NCBI RefSeq assembly: GCF_009914755.1
Contig: NC_060929.1
DNA from: the human T2T-CHM13v2.0 reference genome, Homo sapiens
DNA length: 64,000 bases
Strand: one strand, 5' to 3'
Positions 38,401 through 51,000 of this stretch are shown piece after piece. The translations under genes were made by a program, and so were the position numbers. Each line of letters begins with the position of its first letter. Within the stretch, counting starts at the first letter, position 1. The notes beneath the pieces were generated by a model. That model was given only the letters and a program-made list of their open reading frames with translations, had not been told where the DNA came from and ran no database searches.

Positions 38401-41400
38401 GTTTGTAAAGTCTGCACGTGGATAATTTGACCACTTAGAGGCCTTCGTTGGAAACGGGTTTTTTTCATGTAAGGCTAGACAGAAGAATTCTCAGTAACTT
38501 CCTTGTGTTGTGTGTATTCAACTCACACAGTTGAACGATCCTTTACACAGAGCAGACTTGTAACACTCTTTTTGTGGAATTTGCAAGTGGAGATTTCAGC
38601 CGCTTTGAAGTCAAAGGTAGAAAAGGAAATATCTTCCTATAAAAACTAGACAGAATGATTCTCAGAAACTCCTTTGTGATGTGTGCGTTCAACTCACAGA
38701 GTTTAACCTTTCTTTTCATAGAGCAGTTAGGAAACACTCTGCTTGTAAAGTCTGCAAGTGGATATTCAGCCCTCTTTGAGGCCTTCGTTGGAAACGGGTT
38801 TTTTTCATATAAGGCTAGACAGAAGAATTCCCAGTAACTTCCTTGTGTTGTGTGTGTTCAACTCACAGAGTTGAACTTTGATTTACACAGAGCAGATTTG
38901 AAACACTCTTTTTGTGGAATTTGCAAGTGGAGATTTCAAGCGCTTTGAGGCCAAAGGCAGAAAAGGAAATATCTTCGTATAAAAACTAGACAGAATCATT
39001 CTCAGATACTGCTCTGCGATGTGTGCGTTCAACTCTCAGAGTTTAACTTTTCTTTTCATTCAGCAGTTTGGAAACACTCTGTTTGTAAAGTCTGCACGTG
39101 GATATTTTGACCACTTAGAGGCCTTCGTTGGAAACGGGTTTTTTTCCTGTAAGGCTAGACAGAAGAATTCCCAGTAACTTCCTTGTGTTGTGTACATTCA
39201 ACTCACAGAGTTGAACGTTCCCTTAGACAGAGCAGATTTGAAACACTCTTTTTGTGCAATTGGCAAGTGGAGATTTCAAGCGCTTTAAGGTCAATGGCAG
39301 AAAAGGAAATATCTTCGTTTCAAAACTAGACAGAATCATTCCCACAAACTGCGTTGTGATGTGTTCGTTCATCTCACAGAGTTTAACCTTTCTTTTCATA
39401 GAGCAGTTAGGAAACACTCTGTTTGTAAATTCTGTAAGTGGATATTCTGACATCTTGTGGCCTTCGTTGGAAACGGGATTTCTTCATATTCTGCTAGACA
39501 GAAGAATTCTCAGAATCTTCCTTGTGTTGTGTGTATTCAACTCACACAGTTGAACGATGGTTTACACAGAGCAGATTTGAAACACTCTTTTTGTGGAATT
39601 TGCAAGTGGAGATTTCAGCCGCTTTGAGGTCAATGGTAGAAAAGGAAATATCTTCGTATAAAAACTAGACAGAATGATTCTCAGAAACTTCTTTGTGATG
39701 TGTGCGTTCAACTCACAGAGTTTAACCTTTCTTTTCATAGAGCAGTTAGGAAACACTCTGTTTGTAAACTCTGCAAGTGGATATTCAGACCTCTTTGAGG
39801 CCTTCGTTGGAAACGGGATTTCTTCATACTGTGCTAGACAGAAGAATTCTCAGTAACTTCCTTGTGTTGTGTGTATTCAACTCACAGAGTTGAACGATCC
39901 TTTACACAGAGCAGACTTGAAACACTCTTTTTGTGGAATTTGCAAGTGGAGATTTCAGCCGCATTGAGGTCAATGGTAGAAAAGGAAATTTCTTCGTATA
40001 AAAACTAGGCAGAATGATTCTCAGAAACTCCTTTGAGATGTGTGTGTTCAACTCACAGAGTTTAACCTTTCTTTTCATAGAGCAGTTAGGAATCACTCTG
40101 TTTGTAAAGTCTGCAAGTGGATATTCAGACCTCTTTGAGGCCTTCGTTGGAAACGGGTTTTTTTCACATAAGGCTAGACAGAAGAATTCCCAGTAACTTC
40201 CTTGTGTTGTGTGTGTTCAACTCACAGAGTTGAACTTTCATTTACACAGAGCAGATTTGAAACACTCTTTTTGTGGAATTTGCAAATGGAGATTTCAAGC
40301 GCTTTGAGGGCAAAGGCAGAAAAGGAAATATCTTCGAATAAAAACTAGACAGAATCATTCTCAGAAACTGCTATGCGATGTGTGCGTTCAACTCTCAGAG
40401 TTTAACTTTGCTTTTCATTCAGCAGTTTGGAAACACTCTGTTTGTAAAGTCTGCACGTGGATAATTTGACCACTTAGAGGCCTTCGTTGGAAACGGGTTT
40501 TTTTCATGTAAGGCTAGACAGAAGAATTCTCAGTAACTTCCTTGTGTTGTGTGTATTCAACTCACACAGTTGAACGATCCTTTACACAGAGCAGACTTGT
40601 AACACTCTTTTTGTGGAATTTGCAAGTGGAGATTTCAGCCGCTTTGAAGTCAAATGTAGAAAAGGAAATATCTTCCTATAAAAACTAGACAGAATGATTC
40701 TCAGAAACTCCTTTGTGATGTGTGCGTTCAACTCACAGAGTTTAACCTTTCTTTTCATAGAGCAGTTAGGAAACACTCTGTTTGTAAAGTCTGCAAGTGG
40801 ATATTCAGACCTCTTTGAGGCCTTCGTTGGAAACGGGTTTTTTTCATATAAGGCTAGACAGAAGAATTCCCAGTAACTTCCTTGTGTTGTGTGTGTTCAA
40901 CTCACAGAGTTGAACTTTCATTTACACAGAGCAGATTTGAAACACTCTTTTTGTGGAATTTGCAAGTGGAGATTTCAAGCGCTTTGAGGCCAAAGGCAGA
41001 AAAGGAAATATCTTCGTATAAAAACTAGACAGAATCATTCTCAGAAACTGCTCTGCGATGTGTGCGTTCAACTCTCAGAGTTTAACTTTTCTTTTCATTC
41101 AGCAGTTTGGAAACACTCTGTTTGTAAAGTCTGCACGTGGATATTTTGACCACTTAGAGGCCTTCGTTGGAAACGGGTTTTTTTCCTGTAAGGCTAGACA
41201 GAAGAATTCCCAGTAACTTCCTTGTGTTGTGTACATTCAACTCACAGAGTTGAACGTTCCCTTAGACAGAGCAGATTTGAAACACTCTTTTTGTGCAATT
41301 GGCAAGTGGAGATTTCAAGCGCTTTAAGGTCAATGGCAGAAAAGGAAATATCTTCGTTTCAAAACTAGACAGAATCATTCCCACAAACTGCGTTGTGATG

Positions 41401-44218
41401 TGTTCGTTCATCTCACAGAGTTTAACCTTTCTTTTCATAGAGCAGTTAGGAAACAGTCTGTTTGTAAATTCTGTAAGTGGATATTCTGACATCTTGTGGC
41501 CTTCGTTGGAAACGGGATTTCTTCATATTCTGCTAGACAGAAGAATTCTCAGAATCTTCCTTGTGTTGTGTGTATTCAACTCACAGAGTTGAACGATGGT
41601 TTACACAGAGCAGATTTGAAACACTCTTTTTGTGGAATTTGCAAGTGGAGATTTCAGCCGCTTTGAGGTCAATGGTAGAAAAGGAAATATCTTCCTATAA
41701 AAACTAGACAGAATGATTGTCAGAAACTCCTTTGTGATGTGTGCGTTCAACTCACAGAGTTTAACCTTTCTTTTCATAGAGCAGTTAGGAAACACTCTGT
41801 TTGTAAAGTCTGCAAGTGGATATTCAGACCTCTTTGAGGCCTTCGTTGGAAACGGGTTTTTTTCATATAAGGCTAGACAGAAGAATTCCCAGTAACTTCC
41901 TTGTGTTGTGTGTGTTCAACTCACAGAGTTGAACTTTCATTTACACAGAGCAGATTTGAAACACTCTTTTTGTGGAATTTGCAGGTGGAGATTTCAAGCG
42001 CTTTGAGGCCAAAGGCAGAAAAGGAAATATCTTCGTATAAAAACTAGACAGAATCATTCTCAGAAACTGCTCTGCGATGTGTGCGTTCAACTCTCAGAGT
42101 TTGACTTTTCTTTTCATTCAGCAGTTTGGAAACACTCTGTTTGTAAAGTCTGCACGTGGATATTTTGACCACTTAGAGGCCTTCGTTGGAAACGGGCTTT
42201 TTCCTGTAAGGCTAGACAGAAGAATTCCCAGTAAATTCCTTGTGTTGTGTACATTCAACTCACAGAGTTGAACGTTCCCTTAGACAGAGCAGATTTGAAA
42301 CACTCTTTTTGTGCAATTGGCAAGTGGAGATTTCAAGCGCTTTAAGGTCAATGGCAGAAAAGGAAATATCTTCGTTTCAAAACTAGACAGAATCATTCCC
42401 ACAAACTGCGTTGTGATGTGTTCTTTCATCTCACAGAGTTTAACCTTTCTTTTCATAGAGCAGTTAGGAAACACTATGTTTGTAAATTCTGTAAGTGGAT
42501 ATTCTGACATCTTGTGGCCTTCGTTGGAAACGGGATTTCTTCATATTCTGCTAGACAGAAGAATTCTCAGAATCTTCCTTGTGTTGTGTGTATTCAACTC
42601 ACACAGTTGAACGATGGTTTACACAGAGCAGATTTGAAACACTCTTTTTGTGGAATTTGCAAGTGGAGATTTCAGCCGCTTTGAGGTCAATGGTAGAAAA
42701 GGAAATATCTTCGTATAAAAACTAGACAGAATGATTCTCAGAAACTTCTTGGTGATGTGTGCGTTCAACTCACAGAGTTTAACCTTTCTTTTCATAGAGC
42801 AGTTAGGAAACACTCTGTTTGTAAACTCTGCAAGTGGATATTCAGACCTCTTTGAGGCCTTCGTTGGAAACGGGATTTCTTCATACTGTGCTAGACAGAA
42901 GAATTCTCAGTAACTTCCTTGTGTTGTGTGTATTCAACTCACAGAGTTGAACGATCCTTTACACAGAGCAGACTTGAAACACTCTTTTTGTGGAATTTGC
43001 AAGTGGAGATTTCAGCCGCGTTGAGGTCAATGGTAGAAAAGGAAATATCTTCGTATAAAAACTAGACAGAATGTTTCTCAGAAACTCCTTTGAGATGTGT
43101 GTGTTCAACTCACAGAGTTTAACCTTTCTTTTCATAGAGCAGTTAGGAATCACTCTGTTTGTAAAGTCTGCAAGTGGATATTCAGACCTCTTTGAGGCCT
43201 TCGTTGGAAACGGGTTTTTTTCATATAAGGCTAGACAGAAGAATTCCCAGTAACTTCCTTGTGTTGTGTGTGTTCAACTCACAGAGTTGAACTTTCATTT
43301 ACACAGAGCAGATTTGAAACACTCTTTTTGTGGAATTTGCAAATGGAGATTTCAAGCGCTTTGAGGCCAAAGGCAGAAAAGGAAATATCTTCGTATAAAA
43401 ACTAGACAGAATCATTCTCAGAAACTGCTCTGCGATGTGTGCGTTCAACTCTCAGAGTTTAACTTTGTTTTTCATTCAGCAGTTTGGAAACACTCTGTTT
43501 GTAAAGTCTGCACGTGGATAATTTGACCACTTAGAGGCCTTCGTTGGAAACGGGTTTTTTTCATGTAAGGCTAGACAGAAGAATTCTCAGTAACTTCCTT
43601 GTGTTGTGTGTATTCAACTCACAGAGTTGAACGATCCTTTACACAGAGCAGACTTGTAATACTCTTTTTGTGGAATTTGCAAGTGGAGATTTCAGCCGCT
43701 TTGAAGTCAAAGGTAGAAAAGGAAATATCTTCCTATAAAAACTAGACAGAATGATTCTCAGAAACTCCTTTGTGATGTGTGCGTTCAACTCACAGAGTTT
43801 AACCTTTCTTTTCATAGAGCAGTTAGGAAACACTCTGCTTGTAAAGTCTGCAAGTGGATATTCAGCCCTCTTTGAGGCCTTCGTTGGAAACGGGTTTTTT
43901 TCATATAAGGCTAGACAGAAGAATTCCCAGTAACTTCCTTGTGTTGTGTGTGTTCAACTCACAGAGTTGAACTTTGATTTACACAGAGCAGATTTGAAAC
44001 ACTCTTTTTGTGGAATTTGCAAGAGGAGATTTCAAGCGCTTTGAGGCCAAAGGCAGAAAAGGAAATATCTTCGTATAAAAACTAGACAGAATCATTCTCA
44101 GAAACTGCTCTGCGATGTGTGCGTTCAACTCTCAGAGTTTAACTTTTCTTTTCATTCAGCAGTTTGGAAACACTCTGTTTGTAAAGTCTGCACGTGGATA
44201 TTTTGACCACTTAGAGGC

Positions 44219-44235
44219 CTTCATTGGAAACGGGT
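44219..44235 (+). promoter_or_regulatory. Mutated CENP-B box (CTTCATTGGAAACGGGT), predicted non-binding
   Basis: Seen: G>A at 44223 changes the essential TTCG to TTCA (CpG to CpA). Confidence 0.85.
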
Positions 44236-45044
44236 TTTTTTCCTGTAAGGCTAGACAGAAGAATTCCCAGTAACTTCCTTGTGTTGTGTACATTCAACTC
44301 ACAGAGTTGAACGTTCCCTTAGACAGAGCAGATTTGAAACACTCTTTTTGTGCAATTGGCAAGTGGAGATTTCAAGCGCTTTGAGGTCAATGGCAGAAAA
44401 GGAAATATCTTCGTTTCAAAACTAGACAGAATCACTCCCACAAACTGCGTTGTGATGTGTTCGTTCAACTCACAGAGTTTAACCTTTCTTTTCATAGAGC
44501 AGTTAGGAAACAGTCTGTTTGAAAATTCTGTAAGTGGATATTCTGACATCTTGTGGCCTTCGTTGGAAACGGGATTTCTTCATATTCTGCTAGACAGAAG
44601 AATTCTCAGAATCTTCCTTGTGTTGTGTGTATTCAACTCACAGAGTTGAACGATCCTTTTCACAGAGCAGACTTGAAACACTCGTTTTGTGGAATTTGCA
44701 AGTGGAGATTTCAGCCGCGTTGAGGTCAATGGTAGAAAAGGAAATATCTTCGTATAAAAACTAGACAGAATGATTCTCAGAAACTCCTTTGAGATGTGTG
44801 TGTTCAACTCACAGAGTTTAACCTTTCTTTTCATAGAGCAGTTAGGAATCACTCTGTTTGTAAAGTCTGCAAGTGGATATTCAGACCTCTTTGAGGCCTT
44901 CGTTGGAAACGGGTTTTTTTCATATAAGGCTAGACAGAAGAATTCCCAGTAACTTCCTTGTGTTGTGTGTGTTCAACTCACAGAGTTGAACTTTCATTTA
45001 CACAGAGCAGATTTGAAACACTCTTTTTGTGGAATTTGCAAATG

Positions 45045-48000
45045 GAGATTTCAAGCGCTTTGAGGCCAAAGGCAGAAAAGGAAATATCTTCGTATAAAAA
45101 CTAGACAGAATCATTCTCAGAAACTGCTCTGCGATGTGTGCGTTCAACTCTCAGAGTTTAACTTTGCTTTTCATTCAGCAGTTTGGAAACACTCTGTTTG
45201 TAATGTCTGCACGTGGATAATTTGACCACTTAGAGGCATTCGTTGGAAACGGGTTTTTTTCATGTAAGGCTAGACAGAAGAATTCTCAGTAACTTCCTTG
45301 TGTTGTGTGTATTCAACTCACAGAGTTGAACGAACCTTTACACAGAGCAGACTTGTAACACTCTTTTTGTGGAATTTGCAAGTGGAGATTTCAGCCGCTT
45401 TGAAGTCAAAGGTAGAAAAGGAAATATCTTCCTATAAAAACTAGACAGAATGATTCTCAGAAACTCCTTTGTGATGTGTGCGTTCAACTCACAGAGTTTA
45501 ACCTTTCTTTTCATAGAGCAGTTAGGAAACACTCTGTTTGTAAAGTCTGCAAGTGGATATTCAGACCTCTTTGAGGCCTTCGTTGGAAACGGGTTTTTTT
45601 CATATAAGGCTAGACAGAAGAATTCCCAGTAACTTCCTTGTGTTGTGTGTGTTCAACTCACAGAGTTGAACTTTCATTTACACAGAGCAGATTTGAAACA
45701 CTCTTTTTGTGGAATTTGCAAATGGAGATTTCAAGCGCTTTGAGGCCAAAGGCAGAAAAGGAAATATCTTCGTATAAAAACTAGACAGAATCATTCTCAG
45801 AAACTGCTCTGCGATGTGTGCGTTCAACTCTCAGAGTTTAACTTTGCTTTTCATTCAGCAGTTTGGAAACACTCTGTTTGTAAAGTCTGCACGTGGATAA
45901 TTTGACCACTTAGAGGCCTTCGTTGGAAACGGGTTTTTTTCATGTAAGGCTAGACAGAAGAATTCTCAGTAACTTCCTTGTGTTGTGTGTATTCAACTCA
46001 CAGAGTTGAACGATCCTTTACACAGAGCAGACTTGTAACACTCTTTTTGTGGAATTTGCAAGTGGAGATTTCAGCCGCTTTGAAGTCAAAGGTAGAAAAG
46101 GAAATATCTTCCTATAAAAACTAGACAGAATGATTCTCAGAAACTCCTTTGTGATGTGTGCGTTCAACTCACAGAGTTTAACCTTTCTTTTCATAGAGCA
46201 GTTAGGAAACACTCTGCTTGTAAAGTCTGCAAGTGGATATTCAGCCCTCTTTGAGGCCTTCGTTGGAAACGGGTTTTTTTCATATAAGGCTAGACAGAAG
46301 AATTCCCAGTAACTTCCTTGTGTTGTGTGTGTTCAACTCACAGAGTTGAACTTTGATTTACACAGAGCAGATTTGAAACACTCTTTTTGTGGAATTTGCA
46401 AGTGGAGATTTCAAGCGCTTTGAGGCCAAAGGCAGAAAAGGAAATATCTTCGTATAAAAACTAGACAGAATCATTCTCAGAAACTGCTCTGCGATGTGTG
46501 CGTTCAACTCTCAGAGTTTAACTTTTCTTTTCATTCAGCAGTTTGGAAACACTCTGTTTGTAAAGTCTGCACGTGGATATTTTGACCACTTAGAGGCCTT
46601 CGTTGGAAACGGGTTTTTTTCCTGTAAGGCTAGACAGAAGAATTCCCAGTAACTTCCTTGTGTTGTGTACATTCAACTCACAGAGTTGAACGTTCCCTTA
46701 GACAGAGCAGATTTGAAACACTCTTTTTGTGCAATTGGCAAGTGGAGATTTCAAGCGCTTTAAGGTCAATGGCAGAAAAGGAAATATCTTCGTTTCAAAA
46801 CTAGACAGAATCATTCCCACAAACTGCGTTGTGATGTGTTCGTTCATCTCACAGAGTTTAACCTTTCTTTTCATAGAGCAGTTAGGAAACACTCTGTTTG
46901 TAAATTCTGTAAGTGGATATTCTGACATCTTGTGGCCTTCGTTGGAAACGGGATTTCTTCATATTCTGCTAGACAGAAGAATTCTCAGAATCTTCCTTGT
47001 GTTGTGTGTATTCAACTCACACAGTTGAACGATGGTTTACACAGAGCAGATTTGAAACACTCTTTTTGTGGAATTTGCAAGTGGAGATTTCAGCCGCGTT
47101 GAGGTCAATGGTAGAAAAGGAAATATCTTCGTATAAAAACTAGACAGCATGATTCTCAGAAACTCCTTTGTGATGTGTGTGTTCAACTCACAGAGTTTAA
47201 CCTTTCTTTTCATAGAGCAGTTAGGAAACACTCTGTTTGTAAAGTCTGCAAGTGGATATTCAGACCTCTTTGAGGCCTTCGTTGGAAACGGGTTTTTTTC
47301 ATATAAGGCTAGACAGAAGAATTCCCAGTAACTTCCTTGTGTTGTGTGTGTTCAACTCACAGAGTTGAACTTTCATTTACACAGAGCAGATTTGAAACAC
47401 TCTTTTTGTGGAATTTGCAGGTGGAGATTTCAAGCGCTTTGAGGCCAAAGGCAGAAAAGGAAATATCTTCGTATAAAAACTAGACAGAATCATTCTCAGA
47501 AACTGCTCTGCGATGTGTGCGTTCAACTCTCAGAGTTTAACTTTTCTTTTCATTCAGCAGTTTGGAAACACTCTGTTTGTAAAGTCTGCACGTGGATAAC
47601 TTGACCACTTAGAGGCCTTCGTTGGAAACGGGTTTTTTTCATATAAGGCTAGACAGAAGAATTCCCAGTAACTTCCTTGTGTTGTGTGTGTTCAACTCAC
47701 AGAGTTGAACTTTCATTTACACAGAGCAGATTTGAAACACTCTTTTTGTGGAATTTGCAAATGGAGATTTCAAGCGCTTTGAGGCCAAAGGCAGAAAAGG
47801 AAATATCTTCGTATAAAAACTAGACAGAATCATTCTCAGAAACTGCTCTGCGATGTGTGCGTTCAACTCTCAGAGTTTAACTTTTCTTTTCATTCAGCAG
47901 TTTGGAAACACTCTGTTTGTAAAGTCTGCACGTGGATAATTTGACCACTTAGAGGCCTTCGTTGGAAACGGGTTTTTTTCATGTAAGGCTAGACAGAAGA

Positions 48001-51000
48001 ATTCTCAGTAACTTCCTTGTGTTGTGTGTATTCAACTCACACAGTTGAACGATCCTTTACACAGAGCAGACTTGTAACACTCTTTTTGTGGAATTTGCAA
48101 GTGGAGATTTCAGCCGCTTTGAAGTCAAATGTAGAAAAGGAAATATCTTCCTATAAAAACTAGACAGAATGATTCTCAGAAACTCCTTTGTGATGTGTGC
48201 GTTCAACTCACAGAGTTTAACCCTTCTTTTCATAGAGCAGTTAGGAAACACTCTGTTTGTAAAGTCTGCAAGTGGATATTCAGACCTCTTTGAAGCCTTC
48301 GTTGGAAACGGGTTTTTTTCATATAAGGCTAGACAGAAGAATTCCCAGTAACTTCCTTGTGTTGTGTGTGTTCAACTCACAGAGTTGAACTTTCATTTAC
48401 ACAGAGCAGATTTGAAACACTCTTTTTGTGGAATTTGCAAGTGGAGATTTCAAGCGCTTTGAGGCCAAAGGCAGAAAAGGAAATATCTTCGTATAAAAAC
48501 TAGACAGAATCATTCTCAGAAACTGCTCTGTGATGTGTGCGTTCAACTCTCAGAGTTTAACTTTTCTTTTCATTCAGCAGTTTGGAAACACTCTGTTTGT
48601 AAAGTCTGCACGTGGATAATTTGACCACTTAGAGGCCTTCGTTGGAAACGGGTTTTTTTCATGTAAGGCTAGACAGAAGAGTTCTCAGTAACTTCCTTGT
48701 GTTGTGTGTATTCAACTCACAGAGTTGAACGATCCTTTACACAGAGCAGACTTGTAACACTCTTTTTGTGGAATTTGCAAGTGGAGATTTCAGCCGCTTT
48801 GAAGTCAAAGTAGAAAAGGAAATATCTTCCTATAAAAACTAGACAGAATGATTCTCAGAAACTCCTTTGTGATGTGTGCGTTCAACTCACAGAGTTTAAC
48901 CTTTCTTTTCATAGAGCAGTTAGGAAACACTCTGTTTGTAAAGTCTGCAAGTGGATATTCAGACCTCTTTGAGGCCTTCGTTGGAAACGGGTTTTTTTCA
49001 TATAAGGCTAGACAGAAGAATTCCCAGTAACTTCCTTGTGTTGTGTGTGTTCAACTCACAGAGTTGAACTTTCATTTACACAGAGCAGATTTGAAACACT
49101 CTTTTTGTGGAATTTGCAGGTGGAGATTTCAAGCGCTTTGAGGCCAAAGGCAGAAAAGGAAATATCTTCGTATAAAAACTAGACAGAATCATTCTCAGAA
49201 ACTGCTCTGCGATGTGTGCGTTCAACTCTCAGAGTTTAACTTTTCTTTTCATTCAGCAGTTTGGAAACACTCTGTTTGTAAAGTCTGCACGTGGATAATT
49301 TGACCACTTAGAGGCCTTCGTTGGAAACGGGTTTTTTTCATGTAAGGCTAGACAGAAGAATTCTCAGTAACTTCCTTGTGTTGTGTGTATTCAACTCACA
49401 GAGTTGAACGATCCTTTACACAGAGCAGACTTGTAACACTCTTTTTGTGGAATTTGCAAGTGGAGATTTCAGCCGCTTTGAAGTCAAAGGTAGAAAAGGA
49501 AATATCTTCCTATAAAAACTAGACAGAATGATTCTCAGAAACTCCTTTGTGATGTGTGCGTTCAACTCACAGAATTTAACCTTTCTTTTCATAGAGCAGT
49601 TAGGAAACACTCTGCTTGTAAAGTCTGCAAGTGGATATTCAGCCCTCTTTGAGGCCTTCGTTGGAAACGGGTTTTTTTCATATAAGGCTAGACAGAAGAA
49701 TTCCCAGTAACTTCCTTGTGTTGTGTGTGTTCAACTCACAGAGTTGAACTTTGATTTACACAGAGCAGATTTGAAACACTCTTTTTGTGGAATTTGCAAG
49801 TGGAGATTTCAAGCGCTTTGAGGCCAAAGGCAGAAAAGGAAATATCTTCGTATAAAAACTAGACAGAATCATTCTCAGAAACTGCTCTGCGATGTGTGCG
49901 TTCAACTCTCAGAGTTTAACTTTTCTTTTCATTCAGCCCTTTGGAAACACTCTGTTTGTAAAGTCTGCACGTGGATATTTTGACCACTTAGAGGCCTTCG
50001 TTGGAAACGGGTTTTTTTCCTGTAAGGCTAGACAGAAGAATTCCCAGTAACTTCCTTGTGTTGTGTACATTCAACTCACAGAGTTGAACGTTCCCTTAGA
50101 CAGAGCAGATTTGAAACACTCTTTTTGTGCAATTGGCAAGTGGAGATTTCAAGCGCTTTAAGGTCAATGGCAGAAAAGGAAATATCTTCGTTTCAAAACT
50201 AGACAGAATCATTCCCACAAACTGCGTTGTGATGTGTTCGTTCATCTCACAGAGTTTAACCTTTCTTTTCATAGAGCAGTTAGGAAACACTCTGTTTGTA
50301 AATTCTGTAAGTGGATATTCTGACATCTTGTGGCCTTCGTTGGAAACGGGATTTCTTCATATTCTGCTAGACAGAAGAATTCTCAGAATCTTCCTTGTGT
50401 TGTGTGTATTCAACTCACACAGTTGAACGATGGTTTACACAGAGCAGATTTGAAACACTCTTTTTGTGGAATTTGCAAGTGGAGATTTCAGCCGCGTTGA
50501 GGTCAATGGTAGAAAAGGAAATATCTTCGTATAAAAACTAGACAGCATGATTCTCAGAAACTCCTTTGTGATGTGTGTGTTCAACTCACAGAGTTTAACC
50601 TTTCTTTTCATAGAGCAGTTAGGAAACACTCTGTTTGTAAAGTCTGCAAGTGGATATTCAGACCTCTTTGAGGCCTTCGTTGGAAACGGGTTTTTTTCAT
50701 ATAAGGCTAGACAGAAGAATTCCCAGTAACTTCCTTGTGTTGTGTGTGTTCAACTCACAGAGTTGAACTTTCATTTACACAGAGCAGATTTGAAACACTC
50801 TTTTTGTGGAATTTGCAGGTGGAGATTTCAAGCGCTTTGAGGCCAAAGGCAGAAAAGGAAATATCTTCGTATAAAAACTAGACAGAATCATTCTCAGAAA
50901 CTGCTCTGCGATGTGTGCGTTCAACTCTCAGAGTTTAACTTTTCTTTTCATTCAGCAGTTTGGAAAAACTCTGTTTGTAAAGTCTGCACGTGGATAACTT

